This document shows, piece after piece, positions 15,217-23,683 of a stretch of 32,000 nucleotides of DNA. The translations under genes and the position numbers were made by a program. The notes under the pieces were generated by a model. It did no database searches and was not told the origin of the DNA. It saw nothing but the letters and a program-made list of their open reading frames with translations. Source of the DNA: Candidatus Poseidoniaceae archaeon (GTDB lineage Archaea > Thermoplasmatota > Poseidoniia > Poseidoniales > Poseidoniaceae); contig CALSTM010000002.1 in assembly GCA_943789275.1 (NCBI GenBank), positions 480,001-512,000 on the forward strand, given 5' to 3'. Numbering within the stretch: position 1 is the stretch's first letter; every line of letters begins with the position of its first letter.

Positions 15217-16482
15217 TTAGTTCTTCATAATGGAGTTGTAAATCCTTTCAAAATCTTCTGCGTTATGTTCGTATGTGTATGTTGAAAGTACCCTTTCCCT
15301 ACCCGCTTTAGCCTTATCAGTTCTCTGTTGAGGTTGATCAAATATTCTACAAACGGATTTGGCTAAGTCACTGGAGTCTCCCGAGTTGAAAAGGTCCCCA
15401 ACAGTCGTATCGACCATCTCTGTCAAGGGGGGTTGATTGACTGTCACAACGGGAGTCCCACTGGCTAATGATTCCAATGGAATCAAGCCTTGGCCTTCGT
15501 AGTATGAAGGGTATACAACTAAATCCGCAGACCGGAAATGTTGTGCTAAGTCATCAAAAGACATACTGCTTCGAATAAATAAAGCATGTTCCACCCCCAA
15601 TTTGCGGGCATTTTTTAGAAGGCGCTTCTTCATATGACCTCTTCCAACAACGACGAGTCGGGCGCCTGGATGGCTTTCTAGAATCTTGGGCAAAGCCCTG
15701 ATTAAAGTCATGTACCCCTTTCTAGCCACCAACCTTCCAACCGCCAAAATCATTGGAGTTTTAGTTTCAGGCCTATAACTCAAGGCTAATTCATCATCGC
15801 AATCATAATTTTTACGTAACTTCTCATGACTCAATTGTTCCTCTTCATCATCCTGATTTGGTGGCCTGAAGACCTTATGATCGCAACCCCACAAAACGAC
15901 TTCACATCGGAAATCGTTCGGTGGATTATACCAATCTTCAAACTCTGAAAGTGTCGATTCAGAATTCGAAACACAAACACTTGATTCGAGTATTCCTGCT
16001 CGTTCATACTTCGAATAATACTTAGCAGTCAACCGAATTGCAAGGTCGTTTGGATTTCTCCAAGTCGCAGACTCATTCGCCTTAGCCGCCCGAATCACAC
16101 CTTGTTTCTCTCCCAACCATGAACCGTGCAGTGATGAACAAACTGGAGCAATATTCTCTTCCATAAATCTGAATTCCTTCCGAGTAAACGATGCTAAAGG
16201 GAGATGAATATGTATGACATCAACCGGCTCTCGACCGTGGAGGTGCTTGAGAGCAAGTAATGCATGCTTCCCATAGGAACGGGTGAACGCCATAGGAGCT
16301 TTCAGCCAAGGAACTTCAATCACCGAAACACCTTGTTGAGGTGGAGCACGCTCTTTGTGAGTTCGAGTGATGATGCTCACTCGATGCCCGCGAGCAGCGA
16401 GGTGACCTGCAAGATGGAACACAACCGAGCCAATACCACCCCATCGAGGGGGGTATTCACCTGACACCATGGCGATGTGCAT
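15217..16482 (-). CDS. GT4-family (GT-B fold) glycosyltransferase
   Basis: The N-terminus MHIAMVSGEYPPRWGGIGSVVFHLAGHLAARGHRVSIIT is typical, as is the C-terminal block YPSYYEGQGLIPLESLASGTPVV (EX7E-type motif). I prefer ATG 16482 to the track start at 16530. Confidence 0.85.
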   Translation of the reverse strand: MHIAMVSGEYPPRWGGIGSVVFHLAGHLAARGHRVSIITRTHKERAPPQQGVSVIEVPWLKAPMAFTRSYGKHALLALKHLHGREPVDVIHIHLPLASFTRKEFRFMEENIAPVCSSLHGSWLGEKQGVIRAAKANESATWRNPNDLAIRLTAKYYSKYERAGILESSVCVSNSESTLSEFEDWYNPPNDFRCEVVLWGCDHKVFRPPNQDDEEEQLSHEKLRKNYDCDDELALSYRPETKTPMILAVGRLVARKGYMTLIRALPKILESHPGARLVVVGRGHMKKRLLKNARKLGVEHALFIRSSMSFDDLAQHFRSADLVVYPSYYEGQGLIPLESLASGTPVVTVNQPPLTEMVDTTVGDLFNSGDSSDLAKSVCRIFDQPQQRTDKAKAGRERVLSTYTYEHNAEDFERIYNSIMKN

Positions 16483-16587
16483 GGTTACGGGAAGGGTACA
16501 GTTGGTTTCAATGTCACCGATAACAACCACTGAAAATTAGACTTTTCAACCCAATGCCTTCAAGGAGGTGAGGTTGGTGGGAGAATC

Positions 16588-17364
16588 ATGGGCGAAAAAC
16601 TCCCTGTGTCGGTCACAGTCATCCTTCCGACTCGAAACGAGGAAGAAGCACTCGGACCTACGATTGACGCAATACCTCGTGGCTGGTGTAAAGACCTCGA
16701 AATTATGATTGTTGACGGTAATTCGAGCGACAGAACTCGAGAAATCGCTCTCGAAAAGAAAATACGAGTCCACCTCGAACCTCGGAAAGGTTACGGCCGT
16801 GCGTATCGAACCGGGTTCGATGTGGCCAAAAACGAAATCATCGTCACCATGGATGCTGATTGCACCTACCCCGCAGAATTGGTCCCCACCCTTGTCAAGC
16901 GACTGCTTGATGACGACCTCGATTTCATTACCTGTGACCGACTCTCACTTGCTGAAGAAGGTTCAATGCCGGGAATTCATGGATTCGGAAATTGGGCTCT
17001 TTCCTTCACCGCGCGGCTGCTGTTCGGCTACGGTGTCAAAGACTCACAATCTGGAATGTGGGTGTTCCGTAAGTCTATTTTTAACAACGACGCAATGCGT
17101 CCAACCAACGATGGAATGCCTCTTTCAGAGGAGATGAAGATTCTTGCACGTCGGGTACTTGGAAAAGACAAGGCTGTCGAAATTTCGGTTCCGTATCGAC
17201 CTCGTGTTGGGGAAGCTGAAATCCACACATGGGGTGACGGTTGGAAGAATTTCAAATTCTTGTTTGCTCGCCGAGTAGGCCTTCATCGAACGGTTACACC
17301 TTGGGGTGGATTGGATTCAAATCCAGACTCCCTCAACAAAGATCTACCAGAACAAACAAAGTGA
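16588..17364 (+). CDS. GT2-family glycosyltransferase (dolichyl/polyprenyl-phosphate sugar transferase-like)
   Basis: VSVTVILPTRNEEEALGPTIDAI, EIMIVDGNSSDRT and IIVTMDADCTYP (DxD) are classic GT-A/GT2 blocks. The gene is divergent from the GT4 gene across a 105-nt gap. Confidence 0.85.
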   Translation: MGEKLPVSVTVILPTRNEEEALGPTIDAIPRGWCKDLEIMIVDGNSSDRTREIALEKKIRVHLEPRKGYGRAYRTGFDVAKNEIIVTMDADCTYPAELVPTLVKRLLDDDLDFITCDRLSLAEEGSMPGIHGFGNWALSFTARLLFGYGVKDSQSGMWVFRKSIFNNDAMRPTNDGMPLSEEMKILARRVLGKDKAVEISVPYRPRVGEAEIHTWGDGWKNFKFLFARRVGLHRTVTPWGGLDSNPDSLNKDLPEQTK

Positions 17365-17365
17365 T

Positions 17366-18175
17366 TCATTCAACTTTGATATCTTCGAGTCCTTCTTCCG
17401 GACTTGGCCATTGCATATCCAATCCTTCAAGCGTCTCTACAATAAGTGTTGAAATTATTTCGTTCCGGTACTTCTTATTGTTCGCGGGTATCACGTACCA
17501 CGGCGATGATTCAGTTGATGTTTCACGAATCATGATTTCAAATGCATCTTGGTAGTGCTCCCAGTGAGCGCGTTCTTTGAGGTCACCGATTTGGAACTTC
17601 CAATTTTTCTCAGGCACATTTAATCGGCTTTCAAGTCGTTCTTTCTGTTCGTCTTTTGTAATATGAAGAAGGATTTTGATGACGGTCGTTCCTTCATCGA
17701 CCAGCATTTGTTCGAAATTACGGATATGCTCATAGCGTTTCTGGATGAGTTCGTCAGGGACATAACCGTGAACTTTGACTACCAGAACATCTTCGTAATG
17801 ACTTCGATTAAAAATTCCAATTTCTCCATCGGCCGGAACACAAGGATGAACACGCCAAAGGTAGTCGTGCGCCAATTCCCGCTCTGTTGGCTTCTTGAAC
17901 GAGTGAACTTTGACACCTTGAGGATTGATCTTACCAAAGACTGAACGAATGGTGCCGTCCTTCCCACCGGTGTCAATTGATTGTAGAACTACCAATAGGC
18001 GTTGTTTTCGTTCAGCCCACATCAATTTCTGAAGAGACTGGAATCGCTTTGTCAGGCGCTTAACAACTGCTTTCGATTCTTCACGGTCGAAGCCATCAGG
18101 GGGGTCTGTTGCTGCACTGGAAATTGAAAATTCAAGAGCGTTAGAGACACGAAATGTAGTGGTGTCCATGAACAT
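17366..18175 (-). CDS. ppk2: Polyphosphate kinase 2 (PPK2) family phosphotransferase
   Basis: PPK2 blocks are present: LLVVLQSIDTGGKDGTIRSVF (Walker A-like), PTERELAHDYLWRVHPCVPADGEIGIFNRSHYEDVLVVKVHG, KILLHITKDEQKERLESR, NWKFQIGDLKER and SPWYVIPANNKKYRN. I set the start at ATG 18175, because the track start at 18358 overlaps the upstream gene. Confidence 0.9.
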   Translation of the reverse strand: MFMDTTTFRVSNALEFSISSAATDPPDGFDREESKAVVKRLTKRFQSLQKLMWAERKQRLLVVLQSIDTGGKDGTIRSVFGKINPQGVKVHSFKKPTERELAHDYLWRVHPCVPADGEIGIFNRSHYEDVLVVKVHGYVPDELIQKRYEHIRNFEQMLVDEGTTVIKILLHITKDEQKERLESRLNVPEKNWKFQIGDLKERAHWEHYQDAFEIMIRETSTESSPWYVIPANNKKYRNEIISTLIVETLEGLDMQWPSPEEGLEDIKVE

Positions 18176-18215
18176 TGGTCCGTTCCTTAGATTAAAGAAG
18201 TTCTGCGGACTTTTG

Positions 18216-21200
18216 TCACACGTTATCCCAATCAAGGTCCATTCCAGTAACTGGTTTTGACTCGGAAGGTGTGATCTCAGGTGATTCCTCATCCATCGAT
18301 GACGATGTTTCACTGTCTTCAAGAACTTCAGTAGCACCTTCCATTGCACCGCCTTCAAGGCTCACCAATGTCTTTCCAGAATCGGGCTTTGCAGAAAAAC
18401 CTCCAAATGAATCCCAAGAGTCAATCATCGCTAATTCTGCCTTCTTCTGACGGCGTAGGGCGACGAAAGCAATGAAGGAAAGAAGACCGACAAAGCCGAT
18501 GGTACCTGCGATAAAGAAAGCAGCCCTGCTGTCCTGCTCTGCTTCCTCAACGGACAAAGTAATGCTAAGAATATCGACCATCGCATCGTCTCCTGTACCG
18601 TCGGTAGCGATGACCTTGAGATTGGGCCGTCCGGCGGAAGCCGGGTTCATTTCAACAGCACCCTCCCAGTAACCATCTCCATTTTCATCGGTCAGGTTAA
18701 ACGACCAGGTTTGAACATTGAAAACGATTGTACCTTGAACACTTTCAGTGGTCCCATCAGGGTCATCCATCAAGACTCGTACGCTGAATGTGTTCTTCTG
18801 TTGAGCAACCAAAACATCGGGCATGAAGGTGAGATTCGAGAGCGTCGGCAGGCTTGATTGCACCGTGATGTTGACGTGAACTTCAGAAGAAGCACCTCTG
18901 CTGTCTTCAACATACAACGAAAGGTGGTATTGGCCGGGGGGCAGTGTGATCGAATCACTGCTTAAGGTCGAAAGAATCTGATAATTGCCGGTGACCAACC
19001 AGTTCCGCCATTCTCGCTTCTGCATGTCTCCATCTGCATCTGTCGATTGCTCTTCGAGAACAAGTGCTTGACCGGGTAACACAGAGATAAGGTTCTGCGG
19101 TTGAACAAGAACAGCAACTGGGTCGGATTGAATAATGACGACAGAGAACGAGGTAAGCTGTTCTTTGCCGGTTGAATCCATCAGAGAAACCTGAATACTG
19201 TGCTCACCTGCTGGAAGTGCTGATTGATGAACTATGGCTGTAGATACGTCGGAGAACAACGGTTCATTGAGCAAGTTACTCCGGACGGTCATGGTGAAAT
19301 TATCTTCATCGTAGTCAACGGATTGTCGAGCGTCCCAATCGATGACATGGTTGGACGAGAATACATCGCCGTCGACGGGTGAAGTCATGTCAAGAACCGG
19401 CGCTGAAGTCAGCACTTCGATTGTCTGAGATGCAATCACTGGATCGTGAATCCCATCATCAACACTCAATGTAACGGTATGAGTTCCTGCGCTTAAGCGT
19501 CCTTCAAAAATCAGCCAATCCTCTCCCTCAGGCGTGAGCCTACCATCCAAATCGCTTTGCCAATCGACCACCAAATATTCCGATCCGCTGCTGGGTTCAA
19601 ATGCTGAACAGTGCCAGTTTCCATCGAGAGGGAACGTCGAACATGCTGAGTCATAGTCTCCGGAAAGATTCGCAGAGAACCATATGAGTTCAGAAGAAAG
19701 GTATGTTTGAGTTTCGAGGGGTTCTGAAATGACGGAACGAGGAAGAGAGTTCTCTACTGTAACTTGCAGGGTCGTCGTACGGGTAGAGTTGATGTGCTCA
19801 GGACGAACGTCAACGACCCTCATCTCAATGTTGTGAACGCCGCGAGAAAGATAACCGCTCCACACTTTTCCTTCTTCAGTATCGTTCCAAGACAGTTGGC
19901 CATCAAGGTTTGACCAGAATTCAACCTCCAATACATCACCCTCGGGGTCAACGGTAGCGGTACCGTCCAAGGTCACCAAGTCTTCACTGGCGTTACCGGC
20001 ACGAGTAAGAGTGAACTCTGGTACTGGAACTTCATTGTATAACTCGACTGGAATAGTGTAACTCGATGGCGTATTGACACCGTCGGATGCATATACAGTC
20101 AAGGTGAATATTGAAGGAACTGTCTCTGCCATGGTCAAATTCATCCATATTTCAGGAGGACAACCGACAACTGTGCTTTCGTCTGTCGAAGCAAGGTATG
20201 AGCGGTCTATCCAACACTTGAGTGGGTCGTTCTCCGGGTCGAATGTTCCCGAAATGTCCAATCGCACATGTTCTGTTCGAGGAATGACCAGTTCGGACCA
20301 TGGCGTCATAGCAGGAGTGACTTCAAGTAGAATTGTAGGCGCTTGATTGACAAGTTCAATTGTTCGATTTTCAGTAACACAGTGGCCTGCGTCATCGCAT
20401 ATTTCCAAAGTTATTGAGTGGATGCCGTCTGAGAGCGTACAATTCCCTGCATGGTTCCCATTTACAGTGAATGGATACCCTCTCGTCACATTGTATTGAT
20501 TTTCAAACCCTTGACCTTGCCCTGTGCAAGATGCCAAAATATCGCCATCGAGGCTACTTGTCCATGAGAAAGTAAGTTCATCGTCATCGAGATCCCAAGA
20601 ATCTGAGGCATTGAATTCGACAGAGCCTTGCGATGAGAACACCGAAGAATCAGAAGGCGAAGTCCACATGAGGAACGGTGGTTGGTTCTCAAGTGGAAGG
20701 AGGCAATGGACCAATTGATTCTGATTGAGAATGACGCTTGTCGAGGTTGATACGCTGTCATAGCCGCATGAAACCGAGGCGTCAGTGGAGGGGGATGAAC
20801 CGGTGTTCGTCCATCGTTCGCCGATAAAGTCTGTGAGGGTGAGATATCCTAGGCCGTTGGTTGAATCCTGGACAGTGGGCTCAAATTGAGAAAATGTGAC
20901 ATCCACATTGGCAGAAGGAATTCCGTTGCTGTTGTTGTTAATCACCCATACGACAAGATCGTATGCCACATCAATTGTGGCTCCAGAGGCCATGGATGGG
21001 TAGGAGAGGTTCAAATCAACGTTTGCTGGTTGATGCAAATGCAAGTCTGAGTTTGAATCCAATTGGAGAATTGTTCCAGAAGAGGAAGCGTCAGTCAAAC
21101 CCGACCAGTTAACTTGACTGTTAACAAGTTGAACAGTTCCCGTGCATTCTGGAGCGATTGTGTTTCCGACTCCAAAGAGGTCATGGTGGTTTGACAGAAC

Positions 21201-23090
21201 GATACAACCGCTTCCACTGAACTCGCTGTTACTCAATTGTGAAGGGTAATTGTTGTGATTCTGACCGTCCCACTGAAGGCCTGAATGGTTGCCTGTCATG
21301 GTCAAATCATGAATATTGGCTGCCGCTTGGTTGATGAGAACAGCTGGATGAACGGCAGCTCCAATTTGCTCAGTATCGATGGTAAGACCGTCGATGTTGA
21401 TAATGCCACCCTGTTGACCAAGTGTCAAGCCAGAATTGTCGGCGTCGAGAGGAGCGTGGTCGTGATGGTTGTCCGAGAGTTCCACATCGGTTAACCACAG
21501 GTCAGCAGAGTCGCGAATAAGAATCCCTGAGCCGCCGGAATGCGTTACAATGCAACTGTAACATCCGACATCAAGCAAAGGATGAGATACCGTTTTCGAA
21601 CGGTCAAAGAAAAGACCTGCTTTTTGCTCATCGGTTACTCCCGAAAGTCCATTATAATGAGCTGTGAGATTACGAAGGGCGGTGTCAATGTTGTTCGAGA
21701 GATGTGCACCAGATTCACTGTTGTTTTCAAGAACCAGACCCTCGATGTCGACCGAAGAATAATCCAAATAAGCGCCATCTCCTGAGTTGTTATGAAGATA
21801 GAAATCATTTCCAATCCATTCAGCCTTGTAGGAATGGATTCCCGGACCGACGGAACCTGAAATCTCCAAGCCGTCAAAAACCGGAGCAGAAGAAAAAATC
21901 CAAGTTATTGCTAGGCCCGCTTCGTGCGGCCCTTGCCCAGGGTCACCAGAATCCCTCACCGTAAGGTTTCGGAACGTTGTCGATGAATCTGCATAATACA
22001 TCCGAACGCCGGTCGATGTCGAGTTTTCGATTAAGGTGTTTTCAAACCAAGCACCAGTGGCGTTAACATCGATGGCTGCATAAGCAAGGTTTGCTGTTGT
22101 TGCACCTACCGTACCGGTGCCTCGAACGGTCAAATTAGTAAAATCAGCAGTCTCATAATTGGTGTAATTCGAATGATTTTCCTTGTCGACATATACGCCC
22201 CTATACATCGAATTCGAGACGGTACAATCACGGAACACTGCGCGAGTATATCCACCGTCATCGATATGGCGAACAACAATTCCGTGATCAGCACGGTCGA
22301 CGGTCAAATCGGTCAACAAAGGTTGGCTGTCTTCGACCCACACGCCCGCAGAGATGACCCAACTGGAACCGCTGATGTTGCTCATGACCAGGTTACGGAA
22401 TACACCACCTGAGCCGCCCCAAATGTTGATCGCTCGAGTCAAATGGTCGGTGAAGGTTGCACCGTCAACCAATGGCGTTGAGCCTGAGCCTACCGACAAA
22501 CCAAGGCCATATCTCCAATCGTTTTGAAACGGTAAAGATCGTCCGGCTTGGTCGATAACCAAATCATAAATGAGAGGTGATGATGAACTGAACAAATCAA
22601 TACCAACACGGTCTGGGTTGAGGATGGTCAAGTTGTGAATCACTGGATTGCTACCGTACATGGTGATGCCGTAAATCGAATTTTCAATCGAGAGATTGTC
22701 CAGTTTAGAGCCTCTGTTGTTGGAACTGCTGTTGAATTGAATGCCTTCATGGTCCGAACCAGTAAGCGAAGTAAGAACGACAGGACAGGTTTCAGTACCT
22801 TCCACGGTGAGACGTCCCTCAATGTAGATTCTTGCCCCAGAACCCATTTCGACTTCTGTGCACGGTGAAATGATTAATTCATCAAAAACTGAAACTGTGT
22901 AAGTGGTCGTGACGGTGACAGAACCCGTCCACGTGGTTTGAGAACGAGCCTCTGCCAAGATGCTCGGTTCTGGCTCAGCCAACGCCGAAGTACCGTCATC
23001 GTAGGCAGGAACGAGGCCTGCCATCGAAGTCCCCACCATCAAAAGCAGTATGAACCATCCCGTGATTGGAGGCAGTGGCTTTGTTTCCAT
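18216..23090 (-). CDS. Giant type I surface protein with a signal peptide, a right-handed parallel beta-helix region, 6-7 PKD/Ig-like domains, a TM helix and an acidic tail
   Basis: The signal peptide is METKPLPPITGWFILLLMVGTSMAGLV. PbH1-like turns recur (NLSIENSIYGITMYGS, NLTILNPDRVGIDLFSS, CTVSNSMYRGVYV, NTLIENSTSTGVRMY, LVLENNSESGAHLS). Repeated Ig-like units have the form FNASDSWDLDDDELTFSW...GIHSITLEICDD and VDPEGDVLEVEFWS...GVHNIEMRVVD. The TM segment is AAFFIAGTIGFVGLLSFIAFVAL, followed by RRQKK. I set the start at ATG 23090, because the track TTG at 23231 overlaps the divergent gene. Confidence 0.8.
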   Translation of the reverse strand: METKPLPPITGWFILLLMVGTSMAGLVPAYDDGTSALAEPEPSILAEARSQTTWTGSVTVTTTYTVSVFDELIISPCTEVEMGSGARIYIEGRLTVEGTETCPVVLTSLTGSDHEGIQFNSSSNNRGSKLDNLSIENSIYGITMYGSNPVIHNLTILNPDRVGIDLFSSSSPLIYDLVIDQAGRSLPFQNDWRYGLGLSVGSGSTPLVDGATFTDHLTRAINIWGGSGGVFRNLVMSNISGSSWVISAGVWVEDSQPLLTDLTVDRADHGIVVRHIDDGGYTRAVFRDCTVSNSMYRGVYVDKENHSNYTNYETADFTNLTVRGTGTVGATTANLAYAAIDVNATGAWFENTLIENSTSTGVRMYYADSSTTFRNLTVRDSGDPGQGPHEAGLAITWIFSSAPVFDGLEISGSVGPGIHSYKAEWIGNDFYLHNNSGDGAYLDYSSVDIEGLVLENNSESGAHLSNNIDTALRNLTAHYNGLSGVTDEQKAGLFFDRSKTVSHPLLDVGCYSCIVTHSGGSGILIRDSADLWLTDVELSDNHHDHAPLDADNSGLTLGQQGGIINIDGLTIDTEQIGAAVHPAVLINQAAANIHDLTMTGNHSGLQWDGQNHNNYPSQLSNSEFSGSGCIVLSNHHDLFGVGNTIAPECTGTVQLVNSQVNWSGLTDASSSGTILQLDSNSDLHLHQPANVDLNLSYPSMASGATIDVAYDLVVWVINNNSNGIPSANVDVTFSQFEPTVQDSTNGLGYLTLTDFIGERWTNTGSSPSTDASVSCGYDSVSTSTSVILNQNQLVHCLLPLENQPPFLMWTSPSDSSVFSSQGSVEFNASDSWDLDDDELTFSWTSSLDGDILASCTGQGQGFENQYNVTRGYPFTVNGNHAGNCTLSDGIHSITLEICDDAGHCVTENRTIELVNQAPTILLEVTPAMTPWSELVIPRTEHVRLDISGTFDPENDPLKCWIDRSYLASTDESTVVGCPPEIWMNLTMAETVPSIFTLTVYASDGVNTPSSYTIPVELYNEVPVPEFTLTRAGNASEDLVTLDGTATVDPEGDVLEVEFWSNLDGQLSWNDTEEGKVWSGYLSRGVHNIEMRVVDVRPEHINSTRTTTLQVTVENSLPRSVISEPLETQTYLSSELIWFSANLSGDYDSACSTFPLDGNWHCSAFEPSSGSEYLVVDWQSDLDGRLTPEGEDWLIFEGRLSAGTHTVTLSVDDGIHDPVIASQTIEVLTSAPVLDMTSPVDGDVFSSNHVIDWDARQSVDYDEDNFTMTVRSNLLNEPLFSDVSTAIVHQSALPAGEHSIQVSLMDSTGKEQLTSFSVVIIQSDPVAVLVQPQNLISVLPGQALVLEEQSTDADGDMQKREWRNWLVTGNYQILSTLSSDSITLPPGQYHLSLYVEDSRGASSEVHVNITVQSSLPTLSNLTFMPDVLVAQQKNTFSVRVLMDDPDGTTESVQGTIVFNVQTWSFNLTDENGDGYWEGAVEMNPASAGRPNLKVIATDGTGDDAMVDILSITLSVEEAEQDSRAAFFIAGTIGFVGLLSFIAFVALRRQKKAELAMIDSWDSFGGFSAKPDSGKTLVSLEGGAMEGATEVLEDSETSSSMDEESPEITPSESKPVTGMDLDWDNV
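18545..20700 (-). repeat. Six to seven tandem PKD/Ig-like domains; coordinates approximate
   Basis: The repeated pattern is S-x-D-x-D-x-D-x-L-x-(F/Y)-x-W...L-x-x-G-x-H-x-(I/V)-x-L-x-V-x-D...(V/I)-x-V-x-x-x-P, with a period of about 95-105 aa. Confidence 0.65.
21180..22930 (-). other. Parallel beta-helix (PbH1-repeat) portion of the 1624-aa protein; coordinates approximate
   Basis: Short N-x-x-I/V-x-x-N/S-x-x-x-G-I/V turn motifs recur about every 22-25 residues across roughly 580 aa. Confidence 0.6.
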
Positions 23091-23199
23091 ACCTTCGGGT
23101 CGACGCAAAAGCACTTGAAGGGTTCTATTGGCTGTGAGTCCGATGCTCCTCCTGTCAATCAAAAACCTTCGCAAGCAATAAGGCCAAACCTGATTTCGG

Positions 23200-23439
23200 A
23201 TGTCTATGCCCGAAGCATTCGTGTTGTTCAAGACCCAGCCAGCGCACGAACGCGAGGTTTATCTTTCACTGATGGACCATGACTCAGTTGCAGAAGTTCA
23301 TGCCCTCTACGGCGAATTTGATTTGCTTGCACGCTTAACTGCAGATGACTCTCAAACCCTGACAAAAATGCTGATGACTCAGTTCCGTCAAATCGAAGGT
23401 GTGAAAGACACACAAACACTGATTGCAGTAGAGTACTGA
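23200..23439 (+). CDS. Stand-alone RAM domain protein (Lrp/AsnC ligand-binding domain only, no HTH), copy 1
   Basis: MPEAFVLFKTQPAHEREVYLSLMDHDSVAEVHALYGEFDLLARLTADDSQTLTKMLMTQFRQIEGVKDTQTLIAVEY matches the beta-alpha-beta-beta-alpha-beta RAM pattern (..YGEYDL...V...D...L...I...I..G...T.T.I). The start is ATG 23200 or 23206. Confidence 0.8.
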   Translation: MSMPEAFVLFKTQPAHEREVYLSLMDHDSVAEVHALYGEFDLLARLTADDSQTLTKMLMTQFRQIEGVKDTQTLIAVEY

Positions 23440-23449
23440 GGTGAAGAAT

Positions 23450-23683
23450 ATGGCGATTGGATTTGTATTAATCACAACAAAACCCGGCAGTGAAAGCGAT
23501 GTTCGCAAAGCATTGGATGATATCAAATACGTCACAGACCGGTGGATGTTGTTCGGAGAATACGACCTCATCGCTCGAGTCCAAGCAGAAGATGAATTTG
23601 TCCTAACGCGTTGCATTGTCGAGGAAATACGAGTCATTGACGGCATCGATGATACCAAGACACTTATTGGCGCCGAGTTGTGA
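23450..23683 (+). CDS. Stand-alone RAM domain protein, copy 2 (paralogue of copy 1)
   Basis: The sequence is MAIGFVLITTKPGSESDVRKALDDIKYVTDRWMLFGEYDLIARVQAEDEFVLTRCIVEEIRVIDGIDDTKTLIGAEL. It is about 40% identical to copy 1 by my hand alignment. ATG 23450 is preceded by GAGGTGA plus 5 nt, a Shine-Dalgarno site that overlaps the upstream stop. The track start is GTG 23441. Confidence 0.8.
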   Translation: MAIGFVLITTKPGSESDVRKALDDIKYVTDRWMLFGEYDLIARVQAEDEFVLTRCIVEEIRVIDGIDDTKTLIGAEL

